Assembly: GCA_044225365.1 (NCBI GenBank)
Contig: JBGAIQ010000022.1
Location: 27,562-91,561, forward strand
DNA: 64,000 nt
Reading direction: 5' to 3'
Source: Planctomycetota bacterium
GTDB taxonomy: Bacteria > Planctomycetota > B15-G4 > JADJEK01
The notes below the pieces were generated by a model. That model saw only the letters and a program-made list of their open reading frames with translations. It searched no databases and was not told the origin of the DNA. Below, one piece after another: positions 55,977-64,000 of this stretch. Each line of letters begins with the position of its first letter. Positions within the stretch are counted from its first letter, which is position 1. Made by a program: the position numbers and the translations under genes.

Positions 55977-57248
55977 ATGAACCGCCGCACCTTCCTCACG
56001 CGCTCCTCCTCCGCGATCGCCGTCGCGCCGTTCTCGCCCTTCTTCGTCCGCAGCGGCCTGCTCCGCGAGAAGCTGCGGATCGGTGTCGTCGGCGTGGCCA
56101 ATCGCGGAGGCGACAACCTCGCGGGCGTGAAGGACGAGGAGATCGCGGCGCTATGCGACGTGGACGCCAATTACCTGAAGGCGGCAGCCGCGCAGTTCCC
56201 CAAGGCGAAGACGTTTGCCGACTATCGCGAGATGATGACGATGGAAGGGCTCGACGCCGTCGTCGTGAGCACGCCCGACCACTCGCATTTCCCCGCCGCG
56301 AAGCGCGCGCTCGAGCGCGGCCTCCATGTCTACTGCGAGAAGCCGCTGACGCACACCGTCGAACAGGCGCGCACGTTGATCACTCTCGCCGCCGCGAAGA
56401 AGCGCGTCACGCAGATGGGCACGCAGATCCACGCCGGCGAGAACTACCGGCGCGTCGTCGAGAAGGTGAGAAGCGGCATCCTCGGACCGATTACCGACGT
56501 CGACGTGTTCTGCGGCAAGACGTGGTCGGGAGGCGAGCGACCGAAGGATACGCCGACCGTCCCGCAGGGACTCGATTGGGGACTCTGGCTCGGGCCGGCG
56601 CAGGAGCGTCCGTATCACCCCGACTATTGTCCCGCCAACTGGCGGCGATTCTGGGCCTTCGGCAATGGCACGCTCGGCGACATGGGTTGCCATTACATCG
56701 ACCTCGCGTTCTGGGCGCTCGACCTCCGACATCCGAACCGCGTGCGTGGATTCGGCGGCGTGCCGCACGCCGAGACGACGCCCCCGAACTTCACCGCCGA
56801 ATGGGATTTCCCGGGCGGCGGCTCGCGCGCGCTCCCCGTCCAACTCCGCTGGCACGACGACGGCGTCCGCCCGGCTCGCATCAAGGCGCTCGGACTCGAC
56901 AACTGGGGCAACGGCGTGCTGTTCGTCGGAACCGAAGGCTGGCTGCTCGCCGACTACGACAACCACGTCTCCGGTCCGGAAGCGGTCACGAAGAAACTCG
57001 CCGAAGTGAAGCCGTCGATTCCGCCGTCGATCGGACATCACCGCGAATGGATCGAGGCGTGCAAGAACGGCGGCGAAACCACCTGCAAGTTCGACTACAG
57101 CGGAACGCTCACCGAGAGCGTGCTGCTCGGCAACATCGCCTACCGAATGCAACGCTCTCTGTTCTGGAACGCCAAGGACATGAAGTGCGAGGGCGACGAC
57201 GCCGCGACCGCAATGCTGCGCGAGAGTGCACGCGACGGGTTCGCGTGA
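55977..57248 (+). CDS. Tat-exported Gfo/Idh/MocA oxidoreductase
   Basis: NRRTFL twin-arginine signal, GVVGVANRG, STPDHSH, HVYCEKP, W.LWLGPA, GTLGDMGCH. Confidence 0.92.
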   Translation: MNRRTFLTRSSSAIAVAPFSPFFVRSGLLREKLRIGVVGVANRGGDNLAGVKDEEIAALCDVDANYLKAAAAQFPKAKTFADYREMMTMEGLDAVVVSTPDHSHFPAAKRALERGLHVYCEKPLTHTVEQARTLITLAAAKKRVTQMGTQIHAGENYRRVVEKVRSGILGPITDVDVFCGKTWSGGERPKDTPTVPQGLDWGLWLGPAQERPYHPDYCPANWRRFWAFGNGTLGDMGCHYIDLAFWALDLRHPNRVRGFGGVPHAETTPPNFTAEWDFPGGGSRALPVQLRWHDDGVRPARIKALGLDNWGNGVLFVGTEGWLLADYDNHVSGPEAVTKKLAEVKPSIPPSIGHHREWIEACKNGGETTCKFDYSGTLTESVLLGNIAYRMQRSLFWNAKDMKCEGDDAATAMLRESARDGFA

Positions 57249-57258
57249 GCGCGAGCCG

Positions 57259-57540
57259 ATGCTCTACCTCGTCGTCGAACACTTCAAGAATGGCGATCCG
57301 CGGCCGGTGTACGCCCGCTTCCAGGATCGCGGCCGACTCGCACCGGCGGGCTTGTCGTACGTGACGAGTTTCGTCACCGCGGACCTGAAGCACTGCTAAC
57401 AGGTGATGGAGTGCGACGATGCCTCGTTGCTCGAGGCATGGATGGCGAATTGGTCCGACCTCGTCGACTTCGAAGTCCATCCGGTGATCACGTCCGCCGC
57501 GGCGGCCGCGAGTGTATCTGCACTGTCGCGATCGAAATGA
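57259..57540 (+). pseudogene. DUF3303-like gene interrupted by an in-frame TAA
   Basis: MLYLVVEHFKNGDPRPVYARFQDRGRLAPAGLSYVTSFVTADLKHC*QVMECDDASLLEAWMANWSDLVDFEVHPVITSA... The TAA is at 57397-57399, where this family has CYQ/CFQ. Confidence 0.8.
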
Positions 57541-57550
57541 AACTCGAGCG

Positions 57551-58579
57551 ATGAGTCATCTTCGTCCCAGCTCTCTCGCCTCGCTCTGCATCCTCGCGTT
57601 CGCGGCCTGCACCTCGCGCGATCCTGCGGTCCGCGACGCGGCCGACCCGAACGCCGCCGTCACCACGGTGCACGGCGCGCTCGGATGCCTGTTCGAGATG
57701 ACGATTCGCGGCGTGGAGGAAGGCGACGCAAGACATGCACTCGACCTTGCGAGCGCGGAGATCGATGCCGTCGAGGACGCGCTCGGTGGCTGGCGCGACG
57801 ACACCGCGCTCGCAGCGCTCAATCGCGACGGAGCGAAAGGGCCCGTTGCGGTGCCGCCGCTGCTCTTCGATTCGATCACGCGATCGATCGAATTGACGGC
57901 GGCGACGCACGGAGCCTTCGACGTCACGGTCGGCCCACTCGTCGATGCCTACGGCTTTCGGCGCGGCGCACCGAAACTGCCGAACCCTGCCGATCTCGAA
58001 CGGCTGCGAAAGAGCGTTGGCATCGAGCATCTCGTACTCGATCGGACGCATCGCACGATCGCATTCGATCGCGGTGGCGTCGAGATCGATCTCGACGGGA
58101 TCAACAAGGGCATCGCGGTCGATCGCGTGATGGAGTTGCTACGAGGCCTCGGAGTGATCGACGCGACGATCTCCGCGGGCGGCAGCACGATCGGTTCGAT
58201 CGGGCCCGCGGACTCAGAGCCTCCTCGCGAGATCGCGATCGAAGGACCCGATGGCGAGATCCACGCCCGCGCGTCCCTTCGCAACGAAGTGCTGTCGACG
58301 TCCGGTAATTGGCGTCACAACATCGTCGTCGACGGCCATGAGTACGGCTCGATCTTCGACCCGAGAGACGGACGACCGGTCGAAGGCGACATCGTGAGCG
58401 CAACCGCGATCGCCCCGCGCGGGGACGAATCCGAAGCGTTCGCAAAGGTCGGAGTCGTTCTCGGCCCTGAAGGCGCCGAGTCGTTGACGAGGCAGCGCCC
58501 AGACGTCCGCATGGTGCTCCTCGTGCGCGAAGCGCCGGGCAGCTCGCTCCTCATCGTGGATCGCTTCGGCGAGCGGTGA
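57551..58579 (+). CDS. apbE: ApbE-family FAD:protein FMN transferase (lipoprotein)
   Basis: FAAC lipobox, GAFDVTVGPL, DLDGINKG..VD, STSG, DPRDG. Confidence 0.85.
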   Translation: MSHLRPSSLASLCILAFAACTSRDPAVRDAADPNAAVTTVHGALGCLFEMTIRGVEEGDARHALDLASAEIDAVEDALGGWRDDTALAALNRDGAKGPVAVPPLLFDSITRSIELTAATHGAFDVTVGPLVDAYGFRRGAPKLPNPADLERLRKSVGIEHLVLDRTHRTIAFDRGGVEIDLDGINKGIAVDRVMELLRGLGVIDATISAGGSTIGSIGPADSEPPREIAIEGPDGEIHARASLRNEVLSTSGNWRHNIVVDGHEYGSIFDPRDGRPVEGDIVSATAIAPRGDESEAFAKVGVVLGPEGAESLTRQRPDVRMVLLVREAPGSSLLIVDRFGER

Positions 58580-58781
58580 ATCGGACGCGCACGATCGAAT
58601 CGACGGCTCATCCGCGCTGACGTTTCGACTCGATTGCGGACTTTCGATCCCACATCCCCATCGAATTTCCACCGATCGGGGAAACCCACTCGGGATCGGT
58701 GCATCCTGGCGACGTCGACTCGCGGTCCGATTCGTGCTGCGTGGTCTTGCGCTCGACCTCTTCGTACTCAGGAGGATCGTC

Positions 58782-59258
58782 ATGATTCAGCGCAGGTCGT
58801 TTCTCGTGACCGCATCGCTCGCCGCACTCTTCCTCTTGGGCGCTGCGCAGTTCACCAAACAGAAGAAGACTCACCTGGGAGGGCTGCCGAGCGGATTGGT
58901 TCGACTCACGGCGATTGCAAACCAAGGCGTGGAGACGCCCCTGTCGTGGATCGATAGCGAGGGAACCGTCATCGGCTCTCTCATGCTGCCTCCACATTCC
59001 GTCCTCATCGTGACGGACATGATCGTCTCCGTGAACGGCGATCCCCAAGCTGGCGTGACTCGCGGCGGGCTGGTTCACGCAGGCAGTATCGGCTCGGAGG
59101 ATCCGTACTACTCGTTCGACACGACGAAGCAGGCTTCGCAGGGCATACACCTCACGAGCGGCGTCGTGTGGTCGCACACTCCCGTCGTGCTCAACTCCGG
59201 CGACAGCAAGAACTCCGTCTTCGTGAACGTATACGGCTACATCGCGAAGGACACATGA
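58782..59258 (+). CDS. Hypothetical secreted protein
   Basis: AGGAGG RBS. MIQRRSFLVTASLAALFLLGA signal (RRxFL). Beta-rich mature part of about 135 aa. Confidence 0.7.
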   Translation: MIQRRSFLVTASLAALFLLGAAQFTKQKKTHLGGLPSGLVRLTAIANQGVETPLSWIDSEGTVIGSLMLPPHSVLIVTDMIVSVNGDPQAGVTRGGLVHAGSIGSEDPYYSFDTTKQASQGIHLTSGVVWSHTPVVLNSGDSKNSVFVNVYGYIAKDT

Positions 59259-59301
59259 CCTGACGTGCGCCCGTCGTTCGTAGCCGACCGTTCGGCGTTT
59301 C

Positions 59302-60738
59302 CTACAGCGCTTCTTCCTTCACTCGATCCCACTTCACCGGGCGGTTCTCGAGGAACGACTTCGTGCCGAGATGGCAGGTGACGGCGGCGTTGAATCCTTC
59401 TTCCACGCTGCACAGCGGACGCTTCTTCTCCCGCACGCAAGCGATGAACTCCTCGATCGCGAGGCGTGTCACGTCGACGACTTTGTCACCGACCGTGGTG
59501 AACGTGAGCCCCTTGCCTTCCGCCCACGCGAGCGTCGGCGAGGTGACGAGTTCCGGTTTGCGGGTCGGGCCCTTGAACTCGATGAAGGGCTTGTTGCCCG
59601 CCATCTTGCCCTCGCGGAACTGACGGTGGTATCGCTCCGAGCTCTGATCCGGATACACCTGGAGTTCGAGCCCGAGCACCATGGTCCCGTCGCGGCCGCA
59701 GATCGTCGTCTTGCGATCGAAGCTGTTCGCAAGCGTCGCGTTGTAGGTGAGCGTGAGACCGTGCGATGCATGCTCGTGGATCACGGAGTACACGTCCGGA
59801 GTGTCGCGGCCGTCGATCCAGGCGTAGATCCCGCCGGAGGCGGTCACGCGATCCGGGATGTCGGTCCCGAGGATCATGTTCGCGGCGTCGATCTCGTGGC
59901 TCATCAGATCGCCCGCGATGCCGGTGCTGAACGCGAAGTACTTGCGCCACGAGAAGAACTTCTCGGCGTCGAACGGCATCTTCACGCCGGGAGGAAGGAA
60001 CAAGTCCCAGGAGATCGTGGACTCCGACGCGTCGGGCCACACGTAGCCGATGTAGGCGCCATCGGGTGAGTTGCGGCCCACGGTCATCTGCGCGACCGAG
60101 GGCTTGCCGATGACGCCTTCCTTCACCAACTTCGCCGCGTACTCGTGGTAGGTGCTGTGCCGATTCTGATGACCGACCTGGAGGACACGATCGGACTTCC
60201 GCACGAGGTCGCGCAGCGTCTTCGCCTCGGGGATGTTGTTCGTCATGCACTTCTCGACGTAGACGTGCTTGCCGGCCTCGATCGCTGCGATCGCGATCGG
60301 CCCGTGCCACACGTCGGCGGTCGCGATGACGACGGCATCGACCGACTTGTCGTCGAGGACCCTTCGGAAGTCGCGGTTTCGTGTCGGCTTGTCTCCGTAG
60401 AGCTCCACCGTCGCGCTCTCCTGGTCGAGGCGGCCCTGGTAGAGGTCGCACATCGCGCGGACCGACACGTTCGGGAGTGGCTTCTGCGGCGGCGTCTTGT
60501 AACCCGCCTTCTTCAACTCGTTCTCCGGCCAGTAACCGAACGCGCGCGAGAGATGCGACCCACGGCCGCCGAGACCGATGAAGGCGATGCCCACGGTCTG
60601 GTTCGGCGACGCGGCGGGCGGAGTTCCCTCTTGTGCGGACGCGCCGGTCGTCAATCCCGCGCCGAGAATGCCGGCAGCGGAAACACGAACGGAGCGATCG
60701 AGGAATGCACGGCGAGTGATTTCGTCGGACGGTGACAT
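59302..60738 (-). CDS. Tat-exported Gfo/Idh/MocA oxidoreductase
   Basis: TRRAFL signal, IGLGGRG, AT.DVWH, KHVYVEK, QVGHQ, WRKY...G..GDLM.H, GR.TPD. Confidence 0.92.
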   Translation of the reverse strand: MSPSDEITRRAFLDRSVRVSAAGILGAGLTTGASAQEGTPPAASPNQTVGIAFIGLGGRGSHLSRAFGYWPENELKKAGYKTPPQKPLPNVSVRAMCDLYQGRLDQESATVELYGDKPTRNRDFRRVLDDKSVDAVVIATADVWHGPIAIAAIEAGKHVYVEKCMTNNIPEAKTLRDLVRKSDRVLQVGHQNRHSTYHEYAAKLVKEGVIGKPSVAQMTVGRNSPDGAYIGYVWPDASESTISWDLFLPPGVKMPFDAEKFFSWRKYFAFSTGIAGDLMSHEIDAANMILGTDIPDRVTASGGIYAWIDGRDTPDVYSVIHEHASHGLTLTYNATLANSFDRKTTICGRDGTMVLGLELQVYPDQSSERYHRQFREGKMAGNKPFIEFKGPTRKPELVTSPTLAWAEGKGLTFTTVGDKVVDVTRLAIEEFIACVREKKRPLCSVEEGFNAAVTCHLGTKSFLENRPVKWDRVKEEAL

Positions 60739-60880
60739 GATGCCTTTCGGATTGCGCGACGCGCCGTCGCGAGAGACCTCGTTCGTGTTCGCAGGTCAGT
60801 GTACGCCAAGCGTGGGTTCCACGACTCCCGCGCAAAATCGTCGCAGGGAATTCGACTTCGTCCGAGGACTCGCGCGAGAT

Positions 60881-61708
60881 TCAGGCGCCGCAGCCGCCAC
60901 CACCACCGCAGCCGCCGCCGCCCGCGTAGTTATCCATCTCGTAGCGAAGGCAACAGCGCAATCTTCCGCAGGCGCCGAGGTTCGCCTCCGCCGTCACCGG
61001 CCGACCTTGGGCGCGCGCCATCTTGAGCGTGACGGGCTTCAGGACCTTGAGATGGGTCGAGCAGCAGAGTTCGCGACCGCAAACGCCGATCCCGCCCGCG
61101 AGGGCTGCTGCTTCCCGTTCTGGGATTCGCCGCAATTCCGCGCGACCGTTGTACTTTGCTTGCAGGATGCGCGCGAGATCGCGGAAATCGACCCGGTCTT
61201 CGGAGGTGAAGAAGAAGAGGATCTTCTCACCGCCGATCAGGTGCTCGACCTGGACGGGCTTCATCGGGAGGTTCAGTTCGCGGACCTTCTGCGTGAAGAA
61301 GGCGTACTCGTCGGGCTCGCTCGATTCGAGGAGTGTGTTCTGCTTCTCGAGATCGCTCTGCGTCGCGCGGCGAAGGAACCGGGTCGCGACTTCGGAATCG
61401 GACTCGCTGTAGAACTCGACGTCGCGATCCCCTTCTTCGCGGAGTCGCTTCTCGGCCGCGGCGATCTCCTTCTCCCCTTTCAGGGCCGCCCAGAATTCCT
61501 TTGCGCTCATTCGTGCGAGCGCTTCCGAGTTGGTGAGTCGTTTGCGCGGCGCACCCTCTTCGCGAGGATCTTCGAGGAGGGTTGCGATCTCGGTCCCCCG
61601 CGATGTCGCGACGAGGACGTGCATGCCGCGCTTCAACTCGGAGTCGTCGAGTTCGATCCGCTTCACTCGACGGGCTTTCCCGACCCGAACCGTCGCGACG
61701 AACTTCAT
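60881..61708 (-). CDS. PSP1/RicT (YaaT)-like Fe-S protein
   Basis: F.FTSEDRVDFRDL, GGIGVCGRELCCS, V.LKMA..Q, G.CGRL.CCLRYE. ATGA-coupled to the upstream gene. Confidence 0.88.
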   Translation of the reverse strand: MKFVATVRVGKARRVKRIELDDSELKRGMHVLVATSRGTEIATLLEDPREEGAPRKRLTNSEALARMSAKEFWAALKGEKEIAAAEKRLREEGDRDVEFYSESDSEVATRFLRRATQSDLEKQNTLLESSEPDEYAFFTQKVRELNLPMKPVQVEHLIGGEKILFFFTSEDRVDFRDLARILQAKYNGRAELRRIPEREAAALAGGIGVCGRELCCSTHLKVLKPVTLKMARAQGRPVTAEANLGACGRLRCCLRYEMDNYAGGGGCGGGGGCGA

Positions 61709-63468
61709 CGGCGCGGACCGTTTCCTTCGCGCCCGGCCTTCTCCATTGCGACGGCGAGGCCCTCGGGCGTGGTCTCGCGCGCGACGTGGGCCTTTCGAAT
61801 CATGACGAACGCGACGACGCTTCCAGCGTCCTTGGGGAGTTCGAAACGATCGATCAGGTCGCGGTCTTCTTCGGGATCGACGACCTGGAGGAGTTTGCTG
61901 GGCAAGTAGATCTTGGATGCCGCGCGAACCATCGCCGTCGTCGCTTCCGAATTGCGCTTGCCGACGATCAACGCTTGGACGGGGGGGTGGAGGTAGAGGT
62001 CCACCGCGCGCGCGTAGCCTGCCGTGTAGTAACCATAGAGATGGTAGTCCGCGGCGAAGAGTTTCAGCGTGCGTTCGGCCGTCGTGAAGTACTCGTCCTT
62101 CTGCGTGAGATAGTGCGCGCGGAGGAACACCTCGGCGATGAGGCCGTTCTCGAGGATCGACTGATTGCGCCGACGATGGGAGCCGGGGCCTTCGACGTCT
62201 GCACGCACGTCGAAGAAGCCGCCCTGAACGGCGGACTGCTTGGTGAGGAGCACGCGCAGCAGATCTTCGGCGACATCGAGATAGCGGCGGTCGCCGGTGT
62301 ATTGCGTCGCGTGCAGCAATGCCCGCGCCATGAAGCTCTGATCGGCGAGAAGGCCCTGCAGATGTCGCCCGACTCCGTCGTGGTAGTGGTACATGCCGCG
62401 GCCAGCGTCGTAGCATTCGTCGAGGAGGAAGTTCAGGGTCTCCTCCGCCATCGTGTGCCATCGGCGATCACCGAGGACCGCGGACGCCTTGAAGAGCGCG
62501 GAGACGGCGGCGGCGTTCCAGTTGGCGTAGATCGTCCAGTCGACCTTTGGCGGCTGCACTCGCGGTCGCTCGGACGCCGAGCGCGCGTAGTAGGCATCGT
62601 CGGCGTCCTGCGAGCCGCCGAACGCGGGCAGGGTCGGATGGCGGAGCGACTCCTTCAAGTAGTGGAGGATCTTCTCCGCGACGCGCTGGTATTCGGGCCG
62701 CTGAAAGGTTTGGAAGGCCTCGAGATAGTTGCGCAGCAGTCCGACGTTCGTCTCGAGGAGTTTCTCGGTGTTCGGAGCTCGCCAGTCGCGCGATTTGGAG
62801 AAGCGGAAGAAGCCGCCGTCGATGGGATCGTGCATCGGCGACTCGGCGATCCGGGAGAGGGTCGTCTCGCAGACGTCGCGGAGGAGCGCGCTCTCGGTCT
62901 TCACGTAGCGCAGCAGGGCGAAGTCGATCGCTTCGTTGTGGGGAAACTTCTGACCGTTGCCGAATCCGCCCCACTCGGGATCGAACTCGTCGACGATTGC
63001 GCCCTGGACGCGTTCGATCAGTTCGTCGGTCAAGGCCCCGGCACGGCGGGCGCGAATGCGATCGTTCGACTCCTCTTCACGGAGGCGCGCCTGGATGCGC
63101 TCGGCGAGCATGGCTCCGTGCTCGCGCACGAGACGCGAGACTCGCTCGAGGAGCACGACGATCTGCTCGCGAGGAAGCGACGTCCCACCGGCGATCAATT
63201 CCTGGGTCGCAGTGAGACAGGCAAGGGTGGGCCAGCCGCCGAGGTTGTACCGAGTGTCGAGGTCCGGTCGTTTGTCCTTGTCGACATGGATCAAGACGAA
63301 GTCGTCCATCAACCGCGAAGCGATGGCATCGTCGCCGCTGAGGAGCTGCATCAAGTTGCGGCTGTGGCGACACCATGACGCGGTGAGGAGCAACAGAATG
63401 GGACGCGAGAGGCGTCGCGCTTCCGCGAACGCCGTGTCTCCCCATTCATGCCACACCAACGTGTTCAT
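61705..63468 (-). CDS. DUF255/YyaL-like thioredoxin-domain protein with alpha/alpha barrel
   Basis: W.EWG..AFAEA, WCRHS, VDKD.RPD.D..Y..GGWP, D..WGGFG..KFP, D..DGGFFR, EKLL..N, WN, L.DQ. Confidence 0.9.
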   Translation of the reverse strand: MNTLVWHEWGDTAFAEARRLSRPILLLLTASWCRHSRNLMQLLSGDDAIASRLMDDFVLIHVDKDKRPDLDTRYNLGGWPTLACLTATQELIAGGTSLPREQIVVLLERVSRLVREHGAMLAERIQARLREEESNDRIRARRAGALTDELIERVQGAIVDEFDPEWGGFGNGQKFPHNEAIDFALLRYVKTESALLRDVCETTLSRIAESPMHDPIDGGFFRFSKSRDWRAPNTEKLLETNVGLLRNYLEAFQTFQRPEYQRVAEKILHYLKESLRHPTLPAFGGSQDADDAYYARSASERPRVQPPKVDWTIYANWNAAAVSALFKASAVLGDRRWHTMAEETLNFLLDECYDAGRGMYHYHDGVGRHLQGLLADQSFMARALLHATQYTGDRRYLDVAEDLLRVLLTKQSAVQGGFFDVRADVEGPGSHRRRNQSILENGLIAEVFLRAHYLTQKDEYFTTAERTLKLFAADYHLYGYYTAGYARAVDLYLHPPVQALIVGKRNSEATTAMVRAASKIYLPSKLLQVVDPEEDRDLIDRFELPKDAGSVVAFVMIRKAHVARETTPEGLAVAMEKAGREGNGPRR

Positions 63469-63621
63469 CGAAGCCTCGCCGCGCGAAAGTCCGACCGACT
63501 TATCGGAAGATTCGTGGGTTCTTGAGTAGGTGAAGCGACCTGAGATTCGGCGATGCGATCGCCGACGGCGCTCGTGATGAATCCGCGCCGAAACCGCCAC
63601 TCATGGAATTGTAGATCGCGC

Positions 63622-63896
63622 GCGCGAACGGTGCCACTCGCGACACGACGCGGCGGTGGAACGTATGAGCATCGGCCGTGCCGTCGGTTGGCGGTTTTGG
63701 CCGCGGTCCGTCGCCGTCAATTCGGCGGCGGCGGCGGCTGCGATCCGTCTCCGCCGGTTCGCGCGAACGGTGCCACTCGCCACCCGCCGCGTCGATGGAA
63801 AGTGCGAGCATCGCCCGTGCCGTCGGTTGGCGGTTTTGGCCGCGGTCCGTCCCCGCCAACTCGGCGGCGGCGGCTGCGATCCGTCTCCGCCGGTTC
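63622..63896. repeat. Imperfect direct tandem duplication (~139 bp + ~136 bp)
   Basis: 63622-63760 and 63761-63896 both run GCGCGAACGGTGCCACTCGC...CCGTCGGTTGGCGGTTTTGGCCGCGGTCCGT...GGCTGCGATCCGTCTCCGCCGGTTC. Confidence 0.9.
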
Positions 63897-64000
63897 GGCG
63901 GCGGCGGCTGCGATCCGTCTCCGCCGGTTTCGGCGGCGGCGGCTGCGATCCGTCTCCGCCGGTTCGGCGGCGGCGGCTGCGATCCGTATCCGCCGGTTTC
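63863..64000. repeat. Tandem array of at least four 34-35-bp REP-like units (runs off the window)
   Basis: GGCGGCGGCGGCTGCGATCCGT(C/A)TCCGCCGGTT(T)C x4, the same family as 31126-31300. Confidence 0.95.

Noticed and set aside
57397-57399. Selenocysteine/pyrrolysine recoding of the internal stop
   Set aside because: The codon is TAA, not TGA or TAG, and aligns with an aromatic residue.
60630-60660. TGAS in the Gfo/Idh/MocA protein as an ApbE flavinylation site
   Set aside because: It lies within the predicted Tat signal peptide and lacks the upstream Asp.
63500-63859. ORFs over the repeat regions (also 15197-15442)
   Set aside because: They are translations of the tandem DNA repeats, with no RBS or protein-like composition.
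1-64000. Prophage, IS element, defence island, tRNA or rRNA
   Set aside because: No integrase, transposase, phage, nuclease or structural-RNA signatures were recognised, and composition looks largely uniform.

Overview
GC-rich bacterial chromosomal DNA with about 45 real genes. The gene repertoire (DUF1552/DUF1592 pair, ECF sigma factors, prenyltransferase-repeat and DUF1570-like proteins, Tat-exported Gfo/Idh/MocA enzymes) suggests a Planctomycetota/PVC organism; this is an inference. I saw no rRNA, tRNA, CRISPR array, transposase or integrase. Main modules: (1) an ABC transporter, PDZ lipoprotein, two FG-GAP proteins and an ECF sigma factor in one operon; (2) large secreted proteins, two sharing an unannotated ~120-aa C-terminal domain; (3) pccB; (4) a Tol/Ton-like operon (giant TPR, ExbB, ExbD) whose fourth gene fuses a TolB-type propeller, a His-bearing TonB/TolA-like helix, a long flexible linker and a prenyltransferase-type barrel, the best candidate for an undescribed system; (5) an ECF/anti-sigma/PDZ/TPR operon with a GGAAC-N17-CGTT promoter; (6) an NsrR, truncated globin, reductase and ferredoxin nitric-oxide module with a clear NsrR-type operator; (7) fhs, a CusRS-like two-component pair and a folD lacking the cyclohydrolase residues; (8) a periplasmic redox cluster with a divergent ApbE and a nonsense-disrupted DUF3303-like gene. 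Three intergenic arrays of a 34-35-bp hairpin repeat show core inversion and covariation. A 26-aa Lys-rich microprotein is missing from the ORF track. Family assignments come from motif recognition by eye, and many starts were re-chosen from RBS and overlap evidence.
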